55,131 nucleotides of DNA from an uncultured Kangiella sp. (GTDB taxonomy: Bacteria > Pseudomonadota > Gammaproteobacteria > Enterobacterales > Kangiellaceae): contig CAZOBX010000005.1 in assembly GCA_964578045.1 (NCBI GenBank), positions 1-55,131 of the forward strand. Reading direction: 5' to 3'. Position 1 is the stretch's first letter. Each line of letters starts with the position of its first letter. This document shows positions 1 to 11,000 of the stretch, one piece after another. The notes beneath the pieces were generated by a model, which did no database searches, was not told the origin of the DNA, and saw only the letters and a list, made by a program, of their open reading frames with translations. Made by a program: the position numbers and the translations under genes.

Positions 1-135
1 TTAGGCCAGTGTGACTGTTTTAGTGGATATCGAGGCGAGGTTGCGTAGCAATAACCAGCTATTGAAAGCAAGCTCAACGCTGAAAGCCGCTAAAACAGTT
101 GTGCTGGATGGCTGTTCTTATCAAAATCTGAGGTT
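1..135. repeat. Edge-truncated, diverged copy of the ~197-bp TIR-bounded dispersed element (family 1), same orientation as the copy at 40270-40466
   Basis: Aligns without gaps by hand to 40332-40466. Shared blocks are GGCCAGT, CTATTGAA, GCTAAAA, CTGGATGG and a TTATC....TGAGGTTA end. The track ORF 11..193 is a read-through of this repeat. Confidence 0.6.
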
Positions 136-277
136 AAATAGATATACAGGTCTTATTGACAACGACTTAATCATTAGAAGATTTCATCGATAGCTTCTCA
201 AAAAGCGCCTCCATGCGCCAATGATGCTGTGTCTTTTTTCCTCGCTACTCAACACAACCTTTGAGTTTTGTCATGAT

Positions 278-1759
278 TCAATTTGAAAAGGCTACTGCTT
301 GCATTGATACCTCAGAACCAAAATCCAGCAAACTCAAAACCAACGGTTGCTCATTCTTAGGTAAATAATCTCCGATAGAAGTATCAAAATGATAATCTTG
401 CTCCCACTCTCGAATATTCTCAACAATCTGGCTAACAGCATCAGCAATAAATATGGCCTCAGCATCGGTAGACGTTGGGTGCATCGATATTCTTACCCAG
501 CCAGGTTTACGACTTAAATCGCCTTCATCGATTTGACAAGTAATTTCCTTTGAAGTCGCCTCATCAACTCCCAATAGAATATGGCCGTAAGTCCCTGCAC
601 AAGAACAGCCTCCCCTGGTTTGAATGCCAAAACGATCACTTAACAGGCGGACAATCAGGTTAAAATGTATCTCAGGAACGTAAAATGAAATAACACAAAG
701 ACGATCTTTATGCTGATCATGAAGTATTTCTAATGAAGGGACCTTACTCAACTCTTCATATAGGAGATCCACCAGTTGTTTTTCTCTTAATCGAATATTT
801 TCTGTCCCCATTTCCTGTTTAAGCTTTATTGACAATGCAGTTCGAATGGTTTGCAGAAATCCTGGCGTACCGCCATCCTCTCTCACTTCAATATCATCAT
901 AAAAGTGATGTTCTCCCCAGGGATTAGTCCAGGTAACCGTACCACCGCCCGGATGATCAGGGATTTTATTGTTATAGAGTTTTTTATTGAACACCAATAC
1001 TCCCGAACTGCCAGGCCCACCTAAGAATTTGTGTGGAGAAAACATCACCGCATCGAGTCTTTCCAGCGGGTCTTGTGGATGCATATCAATATCCACATAA
1101 GGAGCAGAAGCTGCAAAATCTATAAAACAATAGCCATCATTTTGATGCACGATTTTTGCTAATTGCCGATAATCGGTCTTAATCCCAGTCACATTACTAC
1201 AAGCGGTAAAGGAACCAATTTTTAACGGCCTGTCTTGGTATTCTTTTAGCAATTGTTCGAGCGCATTGGCATCTGGTAAACCGACCGCATTCTCCGGAAT
1301 TCGGATCACCGTGACCGCACATTCTTCCCAAGTGGTTTGATTAGAATGATGCTCCATATGCGTAATAAAAACCACCGGCTTTTCGTTTTCTTTGATTTCG
1401 AATCGCTCAGCCCATTTCTCAGGTACCTTTAATCCTAAGATCCGCTGAAATTTATTGACCACCGTTGTCATACCGGCACCGGCGCAGATAAGCGCATCGT
1501 CTTCATTTGCATTGACATGTTTTTTGATTATTTGCTGAGCTTCATGGTAGAGGTTGGTCATTGCACATCCAGTAAAGCTCGCTTCAGTGTGGGTATTAGC
1601 GATCAACGGACCAATTTTATTAGTCATAAAATCTTCAATCGGCTGATAGAGCCTGCCACTGGCGGTCCAGTCGGCGTATAGTATTTTATGACCAGCATGG
1701 TCTAAATCAATACCAATCACGTTTTGTCTGAATTGATTGAAATAATTTTCTAAGTTCAT
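278..1759 (-). CDS. Class V-fold PLP-dependent aminotransferase / cysteine desulfurase-like enzyme
   Basis: 493-aa ORF with the SPHKFLGGPGSSGVLVF motif (PLP-lysine in HK), typical of class V aminotransferases. Divergent from an Lrp/AsnC regulator. Confidence 0.8.
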   Translation of the reverse strand: MNLENYFNQFRQNVIGIDLDHAGHKILYADWTASGRLYQPIEDFMTNKIGPLIANTHTEASFTGCAMTNLYHEAQQIIKKHVNANEDDALICAGAGMTTVVNKFQRILGLKVPEKWAERFEIKENEKPVVFITHMEHHSNQTTWEECAVTVIRIPENAVGLPDANALEQLLKEYQDRPLKIGSFTACSNVTGIKTDYRQLAKIVHQNDGYCFIDFAASAPYVDIDMHPQDPLERLDAVMFSPHKFLGGPGSSGVLVFNKKLYNNKIPDHPGGGTVTWTNPWGEHHFYDDIEVREDGGTPGFLQTIRTALSIKLKQEMGTENIRLREKQLVDLLYEELSKVPSLEILHDQHKDRLCVISFYVPEIHFNLIVRLLSDRFGIQTRGGCSCAGTYGHILLGVDEATSKEITCQIDEGDLSRKPGWVRISMHPTSTDAEAIFIADAVSQIVENIREWEQDYHFDTSIGDYLPKNEQPLVLSLLDFGSEVSMQAVAFSN

Positions 1760-1930
1760 ACTTTATTACCCCATCCACAAGAAAAGCCTGTATTTCGGCC
1801 ATCTAAATCTATCTAAATCTATTATTTCACAAGTTACCGACAAAGTTTGTGCTATTTTTACTTATTGAAAGTCAATTCGTAGTATAATATTCTACCTAAT
1901 AGCCGTTATTGATAATATATTTTCTCTTTT

Positions 1931-2389
1931 ATGGATACTTTTGATAAAAACATCTTGAAAATACTGCAACAAGATTGTACTTGCTCGGTCAGCGACATCG
2001 CCGAAAGAGTTGGCCTATCGACCACTCCCTGCTGGCGACGGATCCAAGCGATGGAAAAGTCAGGTATCATCAAAGGTAAGGTGGCACTAGCAGACCCGGA
2101 GAAACTAAATGTTGGATTAACCGTATTTGTTATGGTAAAAACAAATCAACACAACCTTCACTGGTTAGATAGTTTTTCAAATACGATTAAGGATATCCCA
2201 GAAATTATGGAATTCTATCGGCTGAGCGGGGATGTCGATTATTTACTTCGGATTGTCGTTCCAGATATGAAAGCATTTGACGCGTTTTACAAAAAACTGA
2301 TCACCCAAGCTGATTTTTCTGACATTAGTTCCAGCTTTGCGATGGAAGAAATAAAATATACAACCCAATTGCCTCTAGATTATATTTAA
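1931..2389 (+). CDS. Lrp/AsnC family transcriptional regulator
   Basis: 152 aa. N-terminal HTH (DKNILKILQQD...SVSDIAERVGLSTTPCWRRI) followed by a C-terminal RAM/AsnC_trans_reg-like domain. Confidence 0.9.
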   Translation: MDTFDKNILKILQQDCTCSVSDIAERVGLSTTPCWRRIQAMEKSGIIKGKVALADPEKLNVGLTVFVMVKTNQHNLHWLDSFSNTIKDIPEIMEFYRLSGDVDYLLRIVVPDMKAFDAFYKKLITQADFSDISSSFAMEEIKYTTQLPLDYI

Positions 2390-2468
2390 TCTCAAAGTAA
2401 CGATTCAGATTAGCTCGATGACTAGTGACATCTAAGGTTGACAACAAAACAACTCTGCTGAAGGATCC

Positions 2469-3518
2469 ATGCAAAAATTATTTTTTCCTATATTGTTTTC
2501 ATTGGGCTGTTATTTTAGCTCGATTGCTGCACTTAACTGTGCAGAAAAGGTCAAAACCGAAGATCCTAGTACGCAGAAAGAAGAGTTTGAATCACCGACA
2601 TCCAATGAAGTTCCCGCTCTAGTCGAGGTACTATCATCGCAGGAAGAAGTTAAACAGCCAACCAATGTCATTGAAAATTCTAAAGACGTCATTTATCAAG
2701 GTGCGGTGGATTTTGCCAAATGGGTGGATAAATTTTTCGGCGAGAGGCAAGAACTGGAAGACGCCAGTTATGACTATTTGAGACTAGTTAATCGGGTAAT
2801 TATTTTAGACGGGGAAAAAATAAAATACAGACCCCGAATTAAAGCCAAAGTACACCTTCCTCAATTTAATAACAAAACGAGCCTGCTGTTTTCAAATGAT
2901 CGAGCAAGTTCTGGAGATGAGTCTAAATTTGAAGAAAATCAAAGAAACAGCTTGAATGACAATGAAAGTCTTTCGGCCGCAATAAACTACGAAACCGATG
3001 TATATGACCGGTCAAAATTCGATTTTCGGGTCGGGATCGATTCGCATATAGATACTTTTGCTTTTATAAAACACAGTATGCCGCTATACGAAAGCGAAGA
3101 TTTAGAAGTCCGGAATTTTAACTATTTATTTTGGGAAGAAGATCAAGGATTTGGTGTGAAAGTCCAATTAGAATTCAATAAGGTGCTCGATGAGAGTAAT
3201 CTATTTAGATGGAAATATTCGACCTTACGGGCCGAAAAAAGTGAGGGTACCGAATGGTACAATCGTTTTTCCTTAGTTAGTCGCATATCTGAAGAAAACT
3301 GGATAGCATACGAGTTAGGCATTAATGGAGACACTGAACAATCATACAAAGTTGAAAACTATCGTTTTTCGATCCGATTTAGAAACAGGACAAACGTTGA
3401 CTGGTTATATTTTGAAGTTGAACCGGAAGTTCGCCTTATCAGAACCCCAGAATCACTTGAAAGAGAATTAATTGCCGGAGTGACTTTCCGACTAGAAATT
3501 CAATTCGAAAAAAATTAA
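2469..3518 (+). CDS. Hypothetical exported/outer-membrane-associated protein
   Basis: 349-aa ORF with a hydrophobic N-terminal signal-like segment (MQKLFFPILFSLGCYFSSIAA). No family recognised. Confidence 0.55.
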   Translation: MQKLFFPILFSLGCYFSSIAALNCAEKVKTEDPSTQKEEFESPTSNEVPALVEVLSSQEEVKQPTNVIENSKDVIYQGAVDFAKWVDKFFGERQELEDASYDYLRLVNRVIILDGEKIKYRPRIKAKVHLPQFNNKTSLLFSNDRASSGDESKFEENQRNSLNDNESLSAAINYETDVYDRSKFDFRVGIDSHIDTFAFIKHSMPLYESEDLEVRNFNYLFWEEDQGFGVKVQLEFNKVLDESNLFRWKYSTLRAEKSEGTEWYNRFSLVSRISEENWIAYELGINGDTEQSYKVENYRFSIRFRNRTNVDWLYFEVEPEVRLIRTPESLERELIAGVTFRLEIQFEKN

Positions 3519-3525
3519 TTAAAAA

Positions 3526-4896
3526 CTATCCGCCGGCGATCATCATTTCGGGAAGCAACCATGAACCGGTTAATAAACTACTTCGATGATCATGGTCGTT
3601 TCCTATCGCTATTACATTGGCAAACATTTCAGTAAGATTACCGGCAATCGTTATTTCCTGAACGAAAAACTGTATCTCTCCGTTCTCTACCCAAAATCCT
3701 GAAGCACCTCTCGAATAATCACCGGTGATCATATTCACCCCCTGCCCCATCATTTCGGTGACAATCAATCCCTTGTCCATTTTCTTAACCATTTGGTCAA
3801 AATTTAATCCGTTATCAGAAACATGCAGATTGTGTACGCCACCGCAGTGACTGGTGGGTTGCATATTCAACTTTCTCGCGGAATAGCTATTAAGCAAAAA
3901 AGTATTAACCACTCCATCTTGTACGATAGACTGCTCTTTGGTGGCTAATCCTTCGTTATCATACCAGGCACTGGCCAGCCCGTTTTTAATAAAGGGTTTT
4001 TCTTGCATCGAAACGAAATCAGGAAAAATTTTGCGATTTAAACAATCCAACAAAAATGATGATTTTCTATAAATATTGGTACCACTAATGGCTGATTTGA
4101 AATTACCGATTAAAGATCGCGCCATTTCCGGTGTGAATAGAATATTGGCTTTTTGAGTTTTAATTTGTCTGGCATTCAATCGCGCAATCGTTTTTTCGGC
4201 GGCTTTTTCACCGACTAGCTTGCCGGTATCCAACCCTTTTGCATCACGACTAATGGTGTACCACTGATCACGTTGTTTACCTAATTCATCTTCTGCTAGC
4301 AATACACAGCTTAAGCTATGCCGAGTCGATGGCGTGGCGGCTTTAAAACCATGTGAATTAACATAAAAACGAATATTGCGGTGACTACTAAATGAGGCTC
4401 CTTCACTATTGCTTATCTTATCACTATAATCCAATCCATATCCTTCACACTCGAGTGCAAATTGTTTGGCGGTTTCGGCGTCAATCCCCATGGGATGGTC
4501 CAACTCTAAATCCATCGGCTCGGTAGCCATTAATTCCGCATCAGCCAAGCCCGAACAGGGATCGGCTTGAGTGTATTTGGCAATATTAAGTGCTGCATCA
4601 ACCGCTTCGTGTAGAGCTTTGGTAGATAAATCACTGGTGGTTGATATTCCTTTTTGTTTGCCTAAATAAATGGTAATGCCAAAACCATTGTCGCGATTGT
4701 ACTCCAAAGTTTCAATTTCTCGGTTGCGCACCGATACGCTGAGTCCAATATCTTTACTCACCCCGATTTCGACCTGACTTGCACCTTTCTTTTTGGCATA
4801 ATCAAGCAATTCATCGCAAGTTTCTTCAAAGAAATTCACTTCCTTTTTGATGTCCAGTTGGTCAGCGGATGACGGTCGATTGATTTCTTGGTTCAT
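3526..4896 (-). CDS. pmbA: Metalloprotease PmbA (TldE)
   Basis: 456 aa, PmbA/TldD family throughout, with the C-terminal motif GDYSRGASGFWVENGEI. Co-directional with tldD and yjgA. Confidence 0.9.
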   Translation of the reverse strand: MNQEINRPSSADQLDIKKEVNFFEETCDELLDYAKKKGASQVEIGVSKDIGLSVSVRNREIETLEYNRDNGFGITIYLGKQKGISTTSDLSTKALHEAVDAALNIAKYTQADPCSGLADAELMATEPMDLELDHPMGIDAETAKQFALECEGYGLDYSDKISNSEGASFSSHRNIRFYVNSHGFKAATPSTRHSLSCVLLAEDELGKQRDQWYTISRDAKGLDTGKLVGEKAAEKTIARLNARQIKTQKANILFTPEMARSLIGNFKSAISGTNIYRKSSFLLDCLNRKIFPDFVSMQEKPFIKNGLASAWYDNEGLATKEQSIVQDGVVNTFLLNSYSARKLNMQPTSHCGGVHNLHVSDNGLNFDQMVKKMDKGLIVTEMMGQGVNMITGDYSRGASGFWVENGEIQFFVQEITIAGNLTEMFANVIAIGNDHDHRSSLLTGSWLLPEMMIAGG

Positions 4897-4926
4897 ATAT
4901 TTCCTTCAGCTTACTATTCTGCTCTA

Positions 4927-5463
4927 CTAACCTAAGTTTTCCCTTAGATAGTTTTTCATTTTGTTAATTGCAATTTGCTTTTTTTGTAACTTTTTTGCAT
5001 TTTTGATATTTCTCAAAATCTGCCTTAAATTTTGTCTTTCCAATTCAGGGTTGTTAGCTAGAAGTTCATCAATATAGGCATCTCCTTGCGCAACTAATCG
5101 ATCAATGATTTCATCGGCCGGATCTTTGTTTATGTCTTTCTCCACTTTTTCTTTGAGATTAGTCGCCGCTTGATTGTCTAGTATGTTTCTAATAGCCTTT
5201 TCATTTTCATTTCTTAAACACTTACCAATAAACATGATATGACGTTTTTTAGCTAAGTTAGTGTTCATTTTTTGATAGTCCAAAAGACTCTTTAGCGTCA
5301 CTTCTGAAATAGGCAATTTAGCCAATGTTTTTGCTGGCAGCTCTGTTAATTCCATACCGAATTTTTTAATCGCTAGAGATTCATTTTTTTGCTGAGTTTT
5401 ACTATAACCTTCTTCGTCAAACTCGGATTCAAATTGTTTGCGGTTGAATTTCTTAATCGCCAT
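4927..5463 (-). CDS. yjgA: Ribosome-associated protein YjgA (DUF615/DarP family)
   Basis: 178 aa, lysine/glutamate-rich. Position between tldD and pmbA. Its start overlaps the tldD stop by 1 nt (TAATG). Confidence 0.8.
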   Translation of the reverse strand: MAIKKFNRKQFESEFDEEGYSKTQQKNESLAIKKFGMELTELPAKTLAKLPISEVTLKSLLDYQKMNTNLAKKRHIMFIGKCLRNENEKAIRNILDNQAATNLKEKVEKDINKDPADEIIDRLVAQGDAYIDELLANNPELERQNLRQILRNIKNAKKLQKKQIAINKMKNYLRENLG

Positions 5464-6899
5464 TAATTAGTCCCGCCAACTGTTAATTCGTCAATCTTGA
5501 GGGTCGGTTGACCAACACCAACCGGCACGCTTTGCCCGGCCTTTCCGCAGATCCCTACTCCCTTATCAAGCGCCATATCATTGCCAACCATACTGACTCG
5601 GGTCAGAACATCAGGGCCATTGCCAATTAGCGTAGCTCCTTTAACCGGAGCCGTTATCTTACCGTCCTCAATCAGGTAAGCTTCACTGGTAGAAAAGACA
5701 AACTTACCTGAAGTGATATCGACTTGTCCGCCGCCAAAGTTTGGCGCGTAGAGACCTTTTTTAACGGATTTGATAATATCTTCTTTATCACTTTCACCTG
5801 ACAGCATGTAAGTATTAGTCATACGCGGCATTGGTAAACAGGAATAGGATTCACGGCGCCCATTACCAGTGGATTTTTGTTGCATCAGTCGGGCGTTTTT
5901 TTTGTCATGCATGTAACCGGTTAGAATGCCATTTTCGATCAATGTGGTCGCCTGGGTCGGTGTGCCCTCATCATCGATACTTAATGAGCCTCGTCTACCT
6001 GGTATGGTTCCATCATCTACAATGGTACAAAGCGGGGATGCGACTCGCTGGCCGATTTTATTGCTAAACGCCGATGAACCTTTGCGATTAAAATCGCCCT
6101 CCAAACCATGGCCGATTGCTTCATGTAGTAGTACCGCAGGCCAACCCGAACCAAGCACTACCGGCATTTGACCTGCAGGCGCTGCGATGGCGTCCAGATT
6201 AACCAATGCTTGATGAACCGCCTCTTTGGCTAACTCTTGTAACAGTTGATCAGTTAATATCTGATAAGTATCACGTCCACCTGCGCCGGCGCTACCCCGC
6301 TCTGTTTTTCCATTTTTGTCAATAATGACGGTGACGTTGGCTCTGACTAACGGACGAATATCACTCGCGAAAGTGCCATCGGAAGCGCATACCAGTATTT
6401 TTTCATAGACCCCCGATAAAGATGCAATCACGTCTCTTACTCGAGGATCGGTTTGTCGTGCTAATTGATCTAACCGGTGCAAAATCGATAATTTCTCAGC
6501 TTCGGTCAAACTCATAAGAGGGTCATCTTCACAGTATCGAGCAATTTGCCCACTTATTGGTTTCAGTTTAACAATCGATTGGCTACCAGCAAGCGCGATG
6601 GTACGAGACGCATTTGCAGCTTGTTGCAAAGCAGGCAAAATAATTTCTTCTGAATAGGCAAATCCTGTTTTGTCGTCACTCAAGGCTCTTATGCCCACAC
6701 CTTTATCGCTGCTAAAACTAGCATCTTTGACAATCCCATCTTCGAGCATCCAGGATTCATGACGACTGCTTTGAAAATACATTTCAGCAAAATCAATTTG
6801 ATGAGACATCATTGATTCTAAAGTAGTCACCAAATCGCTAGGATCTAGCCCTGCTTCAGCTAGGAACTCATTTGATGTGTTGATCAAAGTTTGTGACAT
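5463..6899 (-). CDS. tldD: Metalloprotease TldD
   Basis: 478 aa with the [11 protein letters not shown] metal-binding motif and the TldD/PmbA fold across the whole length. Confidence 0.95.
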   Translation of the reverse strand: MSQTLINTSNEFLAEAGLDPSDLVTTLESMMSHQIDFAEMYFQSSRHESWMLEDGIVKDASFSSDKGVGIRALSDDKTGFAYSEEIILPALQQAANASRTIALAGSQSIVKLKPISGQIARYCEDDPLMSLTEAEKLSILHRLDQLARQTDPRVRDVIASLSGVYEKILVCASDGTFASDIRPLVRANVTVIIDKNGKTERGSAGAGGRDTYQILTDQLLQELAKEAVHQALVNLDAIAAPAGQMPVVLGSGWPAVLLHEAIGHGLEGDFNRKGSSAFSNKIGQRVASPLCTIVDDGTIPGRRGSLSIDDEGTPTQATTLIENGILTGYMHDKKNARLMQQKSTGNGRRESYSCLPMPRMTNTYMLSGESDKEDIIKSVKKGLYAPNFGGGQVDITSGKFVFSTSEAYLIEDGKITAPVKGATLIGNGPDVLTRVSMVGNDMALDKGVGICGKAGQSVPVGVGQPTLKIDELTVGGTN

Positions 6900-7208
6900 A
6901 AGTCCTTCCGAAAATATTAAAAATAATTACAATTATTTGCCCTACAGTGTCAATCTAATCTGTCATTGTGAGGCGTTTACGATGTAGCCATATTCACAAA
7001 GTGACACAGGTTAGCGTTCCTTGGCAATATGGCAACTATTACCGGTTATGACATCATTCAGTTTTTCGCAGAAAACTTGCCTGGTGGCAAAAATAGGTCC
7101 TTGTAGAAAATCCTTGTAGGTATTGACACGTCGTTCCGCTCGACAAAAGCACCCAACCTTTACTATTGAAACTTGACTGTTAGAATAACCCTGAACTGTT
7201 ATGGAATA

Positions 7209-8039
7209 TTATAGCTTTTTATGTGATAACACTGGAAATTCTTTTCGCAAAATAGCCTGTTTTTCTCTATTGAGGCTGACCGATATGACCCCCTCGCCGG
7301 AAGATAACTCATCAATCATGTCTCCCCAAGGAGAGACTACACAGGTATGACCCCAGGTTTCTCGACCATTCTGGTGTTTTCCCCCTTGGGCCGAAGCCAC
7401 AAAGTAACACAGGTTTTCGATCGCGCGAGCTTTAATTAAGACATCCCAATGTTGTTTACCGGTTTTATAGGTGAAGGCCGCAGGCATGATCAATATTTCG
7501 CAGCCTTGTTCAGAATGACTTCTAAAAAGCTCAGGAAATCGAAGATCGTAACAAACCGCCAGGCCAATTTTTCCCCAGGGCGTATCAAAGCTGACAATAT
7601 CTTCACCTGCTTTAGTGTATTTAGATTCGCAATAACTGCCTTGATTATCACCAACCATTACATCAAATAGATGTATTTTATCATACCAGCAAACCACTTC
7701 ACCTTGCTGGTCGAAGACATAACAGCGACCAAAGGGGCGCGTCAACTCATCAGATTCAATAGGATGAGTTCCCGCAATAATCCATATTTGCCACTTCCTG
7801 GCAAGCTCGGCTAACCTGGATTGCAGTGGACCTTGCTTATGTTTTTCAACATGCTCGAACTTATCATCTTCTTTAATACCCATTAGTGCAAAATACTCAG
7901 GCAGAACGACCAGGTTAGCACCATCATTTGCAGCGTCAACAATAAGCTGCTCTGCTCGATGTAAATTTTCGTCGAAATTAGCGGTCGAAACCATTTGTAT
8001 TGCGGCTAATTTTAGATCGGTATTAGGCATATTAGGCAT
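7209..8039 (-). CDS. Carbon-nitrogen hydrolase (nitrilase superfamily) protein
   Basis: 276 aa with E-K-C triad contexts VVLPEYF, YDKIHLF and GLAVCYDLRFPE. Lies between tldD and yhdP, as I recall for Pseudomonas-type synteny. Confidence 0.9.
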   Translation of the reverse strand: MPNMPNTDLKLAAIQMVSTANFDENLHRAEQLIVDAANDGANLVVLPEYFALMGIKEDDKFEHVEKHKQGPLQSRLAELARKWQIWIIAGTHPIESDELTRPFGRCYVFDQQGEVVCWYDKIHLFDVMVGDNQGSYCESKYTKAGEDIVSFDTPWGKIGLAVCYDLRFPELFRSHSEQGCEILIMPAAFTYKTGKQHWDVLIKARAIENLCYFVASAQGGKHQNGRETWGHTCVVSPWGDMIDELSSGEGVISVSLNREKQAILRKEFPVLSHKKL

Positions 8040-8059
8040 TCCTTTTTTGTAGGAACTTA

Positions 8060-11000
8060 TTACAAAGGGACTGGTTCTTCGAGCGATGATTGATTTTCTG
8101 TATTGTTTTGACCAATCTGCTTGTCGTGTTCTTTTTCAACTTTAATCTTCTCACTACTTTGAGTTTCCGTTTCTGATTGTGACAAAGCTTCGGATTTTGA
8201 TTCAGATTCAGTTTTTATTTCAGACTCGTACTCGACCTTGACCTTTTCCTTAGACGTCTTAATTGTATCTACCTTTACGTCATCAAAATTACCATGAATT
8301 CGATAGTCAATTCTGGTCGCTACTTCCACTGCAGGTTCCATTATCTTATCCAGCAGGTAAACGATTATACCGGTGGTCGGCTCAATCGCCCATGCCGCCA
8401 ACACTGGCAGACTGGAAGTGAGGTGTGGAGTAATTACCGCAACTTGTTCAATTTTTTGGTTTTTGAGATCCGTATGTCCGTATAATTTCACGTCAGCGAC
8501 ATTGCCTTTTATTCTAACATTTTCGGTCGATATTATTCCGTTGTCTAGTTGGAAAGAGCCAGTTATAGAATCGTAGAAAAATCCCTTTTTGTATACGTCC
8601 TTAAAATCAAAGGTCAGCTTTCTGATAAGAGATTGAAGATTAAACAAAGAAAATAAACGTCCTTTTTCATCACTTAATTCACTTAAATATCCTTTTCCCA
8701 ATTTTAATTGCATTCCTCCTTTCATCAACGAATAATCTATCTTCCAGGGTGCATCCTGCCATGACATTTGTGCTATTAAATGGCCAGAACTATCCTCTAT
8801 GGCCGCGTCGACATCCCATTTTTTTAGAAGATCACCCACATTCTGCGTTTGTAGTTCAAACCGAATACTGGTGTTTGTTTTCAATGATTCTGTTTGCAAC
8901 CAGCTGCCAGAGATAACTAAATCATGTTGCTTTTGTTTAGTGGTTGTTGCAGAAAAATCGACGCCATGAGTGCGTTTTCTTAGCTGAGCAACTATATCGC
9001 CGTAATTTTTCTGCTGAAAAATACAGTCATTACATAAAATATCAAAATCTACCAAATCCAAAGGCACCAGGCTGTTACTCTCATCCGATAATGCTTGCTG
9101 TTCATCAAAAAGCTCCTGATTAAATTGAATGTTAATATCATTAAGAGTCGCTTGCCAAGGCTTATGGGAATTTAGTACCAACTCGAGGTTACCTTGTTCG
9201 CTTTGTAACTTTATTTGCCAAGGCCGGTTGAGCTTTTTCTCTAGTTGTAGATGACTTTGATTGATCGTCACCAAAGGGCTGCGCAATTCTTTTATATCTA
9301 CCTCAATCGTTTCGAAGACTAGTGGCTCGCCGGTTTCCTCTTGCGTCGAAACGTCAAATCCCTGGATAAAGGAAAGCCAGGATGGTAAATTGATTTCCTG
9401 GATATTTCCAAAGACTCTCAAACCAGGTTGCAGCGGCGGTTGGCTTTCGCTAATTTTATTTATATAAATAGTGCCGCCATAATTTATCAATGGTTGGTTT
9501 TCTTCAACTAACACTGGTGATTGATTCTGTTGAAGTGAAATAATGTCCGTTTTGTCTAGATTTTCAATTGTCTTCTCCAATGGCGACACTTGTTCTTCAT
9601 CATCCCAATACCATCGTCCATCCATCCCTTTCCATTTAATCTCTCCGGTTGAATGTTTGGCTATCTCAAGTGACAGGAATATTTCGCTTTTTTCAGCGGG
9701 TTTTTTACCAAACTCATCCGGAAAATTAATTAACATGCCCTCCAACTCTGATTGAAATAGTACTCTGGTGATTTCTGGTTTATCCATTGGCGAAAAATGT
9801 ATCAAGGAAGAAAATGCAGTCTCACCACTAAAGTATTTTTGCCAGCGCTCACCGATGAAATGGCTTATGCCTGCCGCCGGTAAAATTCCTTTTACATCCA
9901 GGCTTACTTTTGGTGATGTTGGTTTATCTTGACCAACTAAATCTATCACAAGTTTATTACCTAAATAAAAGGCTTCAATTTTACTCGGGCTAATTCCTTT
10001 TTCAGTGAATTTTATTTCACCTTTAAGATTATCCACTGAGACAACCGGCGTTTGGAGTTTTGACCCCGTTGGTTCTAATCGAATTCCGCCATTTAAGGAA
10101 AGTTGACCATTTTCTGAAAGTCCGACTTTCACTTCGATATTGGTGCGCATATTCCCTGAATAATTAATGGTCTGTAACGAATCTGATATAAAATTAATCG
10201 GTGTTTTGTTAATCAATTCTCTGGCTGAATTATCTTCACTGAGAACATCAAGTGAAAGCTCTAAAATCGGCTCCGCCAACGAAAAATCTTTGGTGACTGC
10301 CCGCGCTCGTATTACCTGATTGTTCATGGATTTAGCATTACTGGCAATAATATCCATTCCGCTACCTTCAAATAGTAATTTCGCATTGAGTTCGGTAGCG
10401 GCTGGCCATTCTGGTAAATATTGGTAGGTGGCATTTTCTAACACACCCAGCGCAACAAACAGACCGTTATTGTTAGCAAATGGAAAATCTTTCATCGGGC
10501 CACGTACAACCGATCTTATTATCGGAAAATTACCTGACTTCACGCTAGCATCTAAATAACTAACCAAGTTTTTTGACATCACTCCGACGGGTAAATATTG
10601 TGATTTATTGGCTGCATTTACATCTGTTAATTCTGCGTACAGAGATAATACAGGTTCATTATCCTGATAAAAAAACGTCGATCTGGCCTGAACATTAAAA
10701 TCCGGGTTCGACAAGAAAAAATCATTAACTTGCAACTGAATTTGGCCTTGTTGATCAAAAGACCAGTTGAATTCGGAATTTAGTTTATCAGCCTTAATCG
10801 CATGTCTAAACAGTTCACCAAATTCCAGATCCGTGTTACTGGCGCTTATTTTTGCGAGCCCGCCTAAACGGTCGATTGCGATTCTTCCAGTCAGACCATT
10901 GGCTCTTGGAAGGTTTTTCCAACGAGCATAATTTAGATCGGAAAATTCAAGTTCAACCGACGGGGCCTGCCAAAGATCTTTTTGCTTTATAACTGACAAG

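Noticed and set aside
11-193. 60-aa plus-strand track ORF at the window start
   Set aside because: Its sequence is the read-through of the family-1 repeat and matches the repeat-derived N-terminal extension of the lpxL ORF. It is not an independent gene as annotated, although the shared frame is discussed as a finding.
1801-1822. Tandem ATCTAAATCT x2 in the Lrp/aminotransferase divergent region
   Set aside because: There are only two units, in very AT-rich promoter DNA. That is too little to separate from chance, though it could be part of an Lrp-type site.
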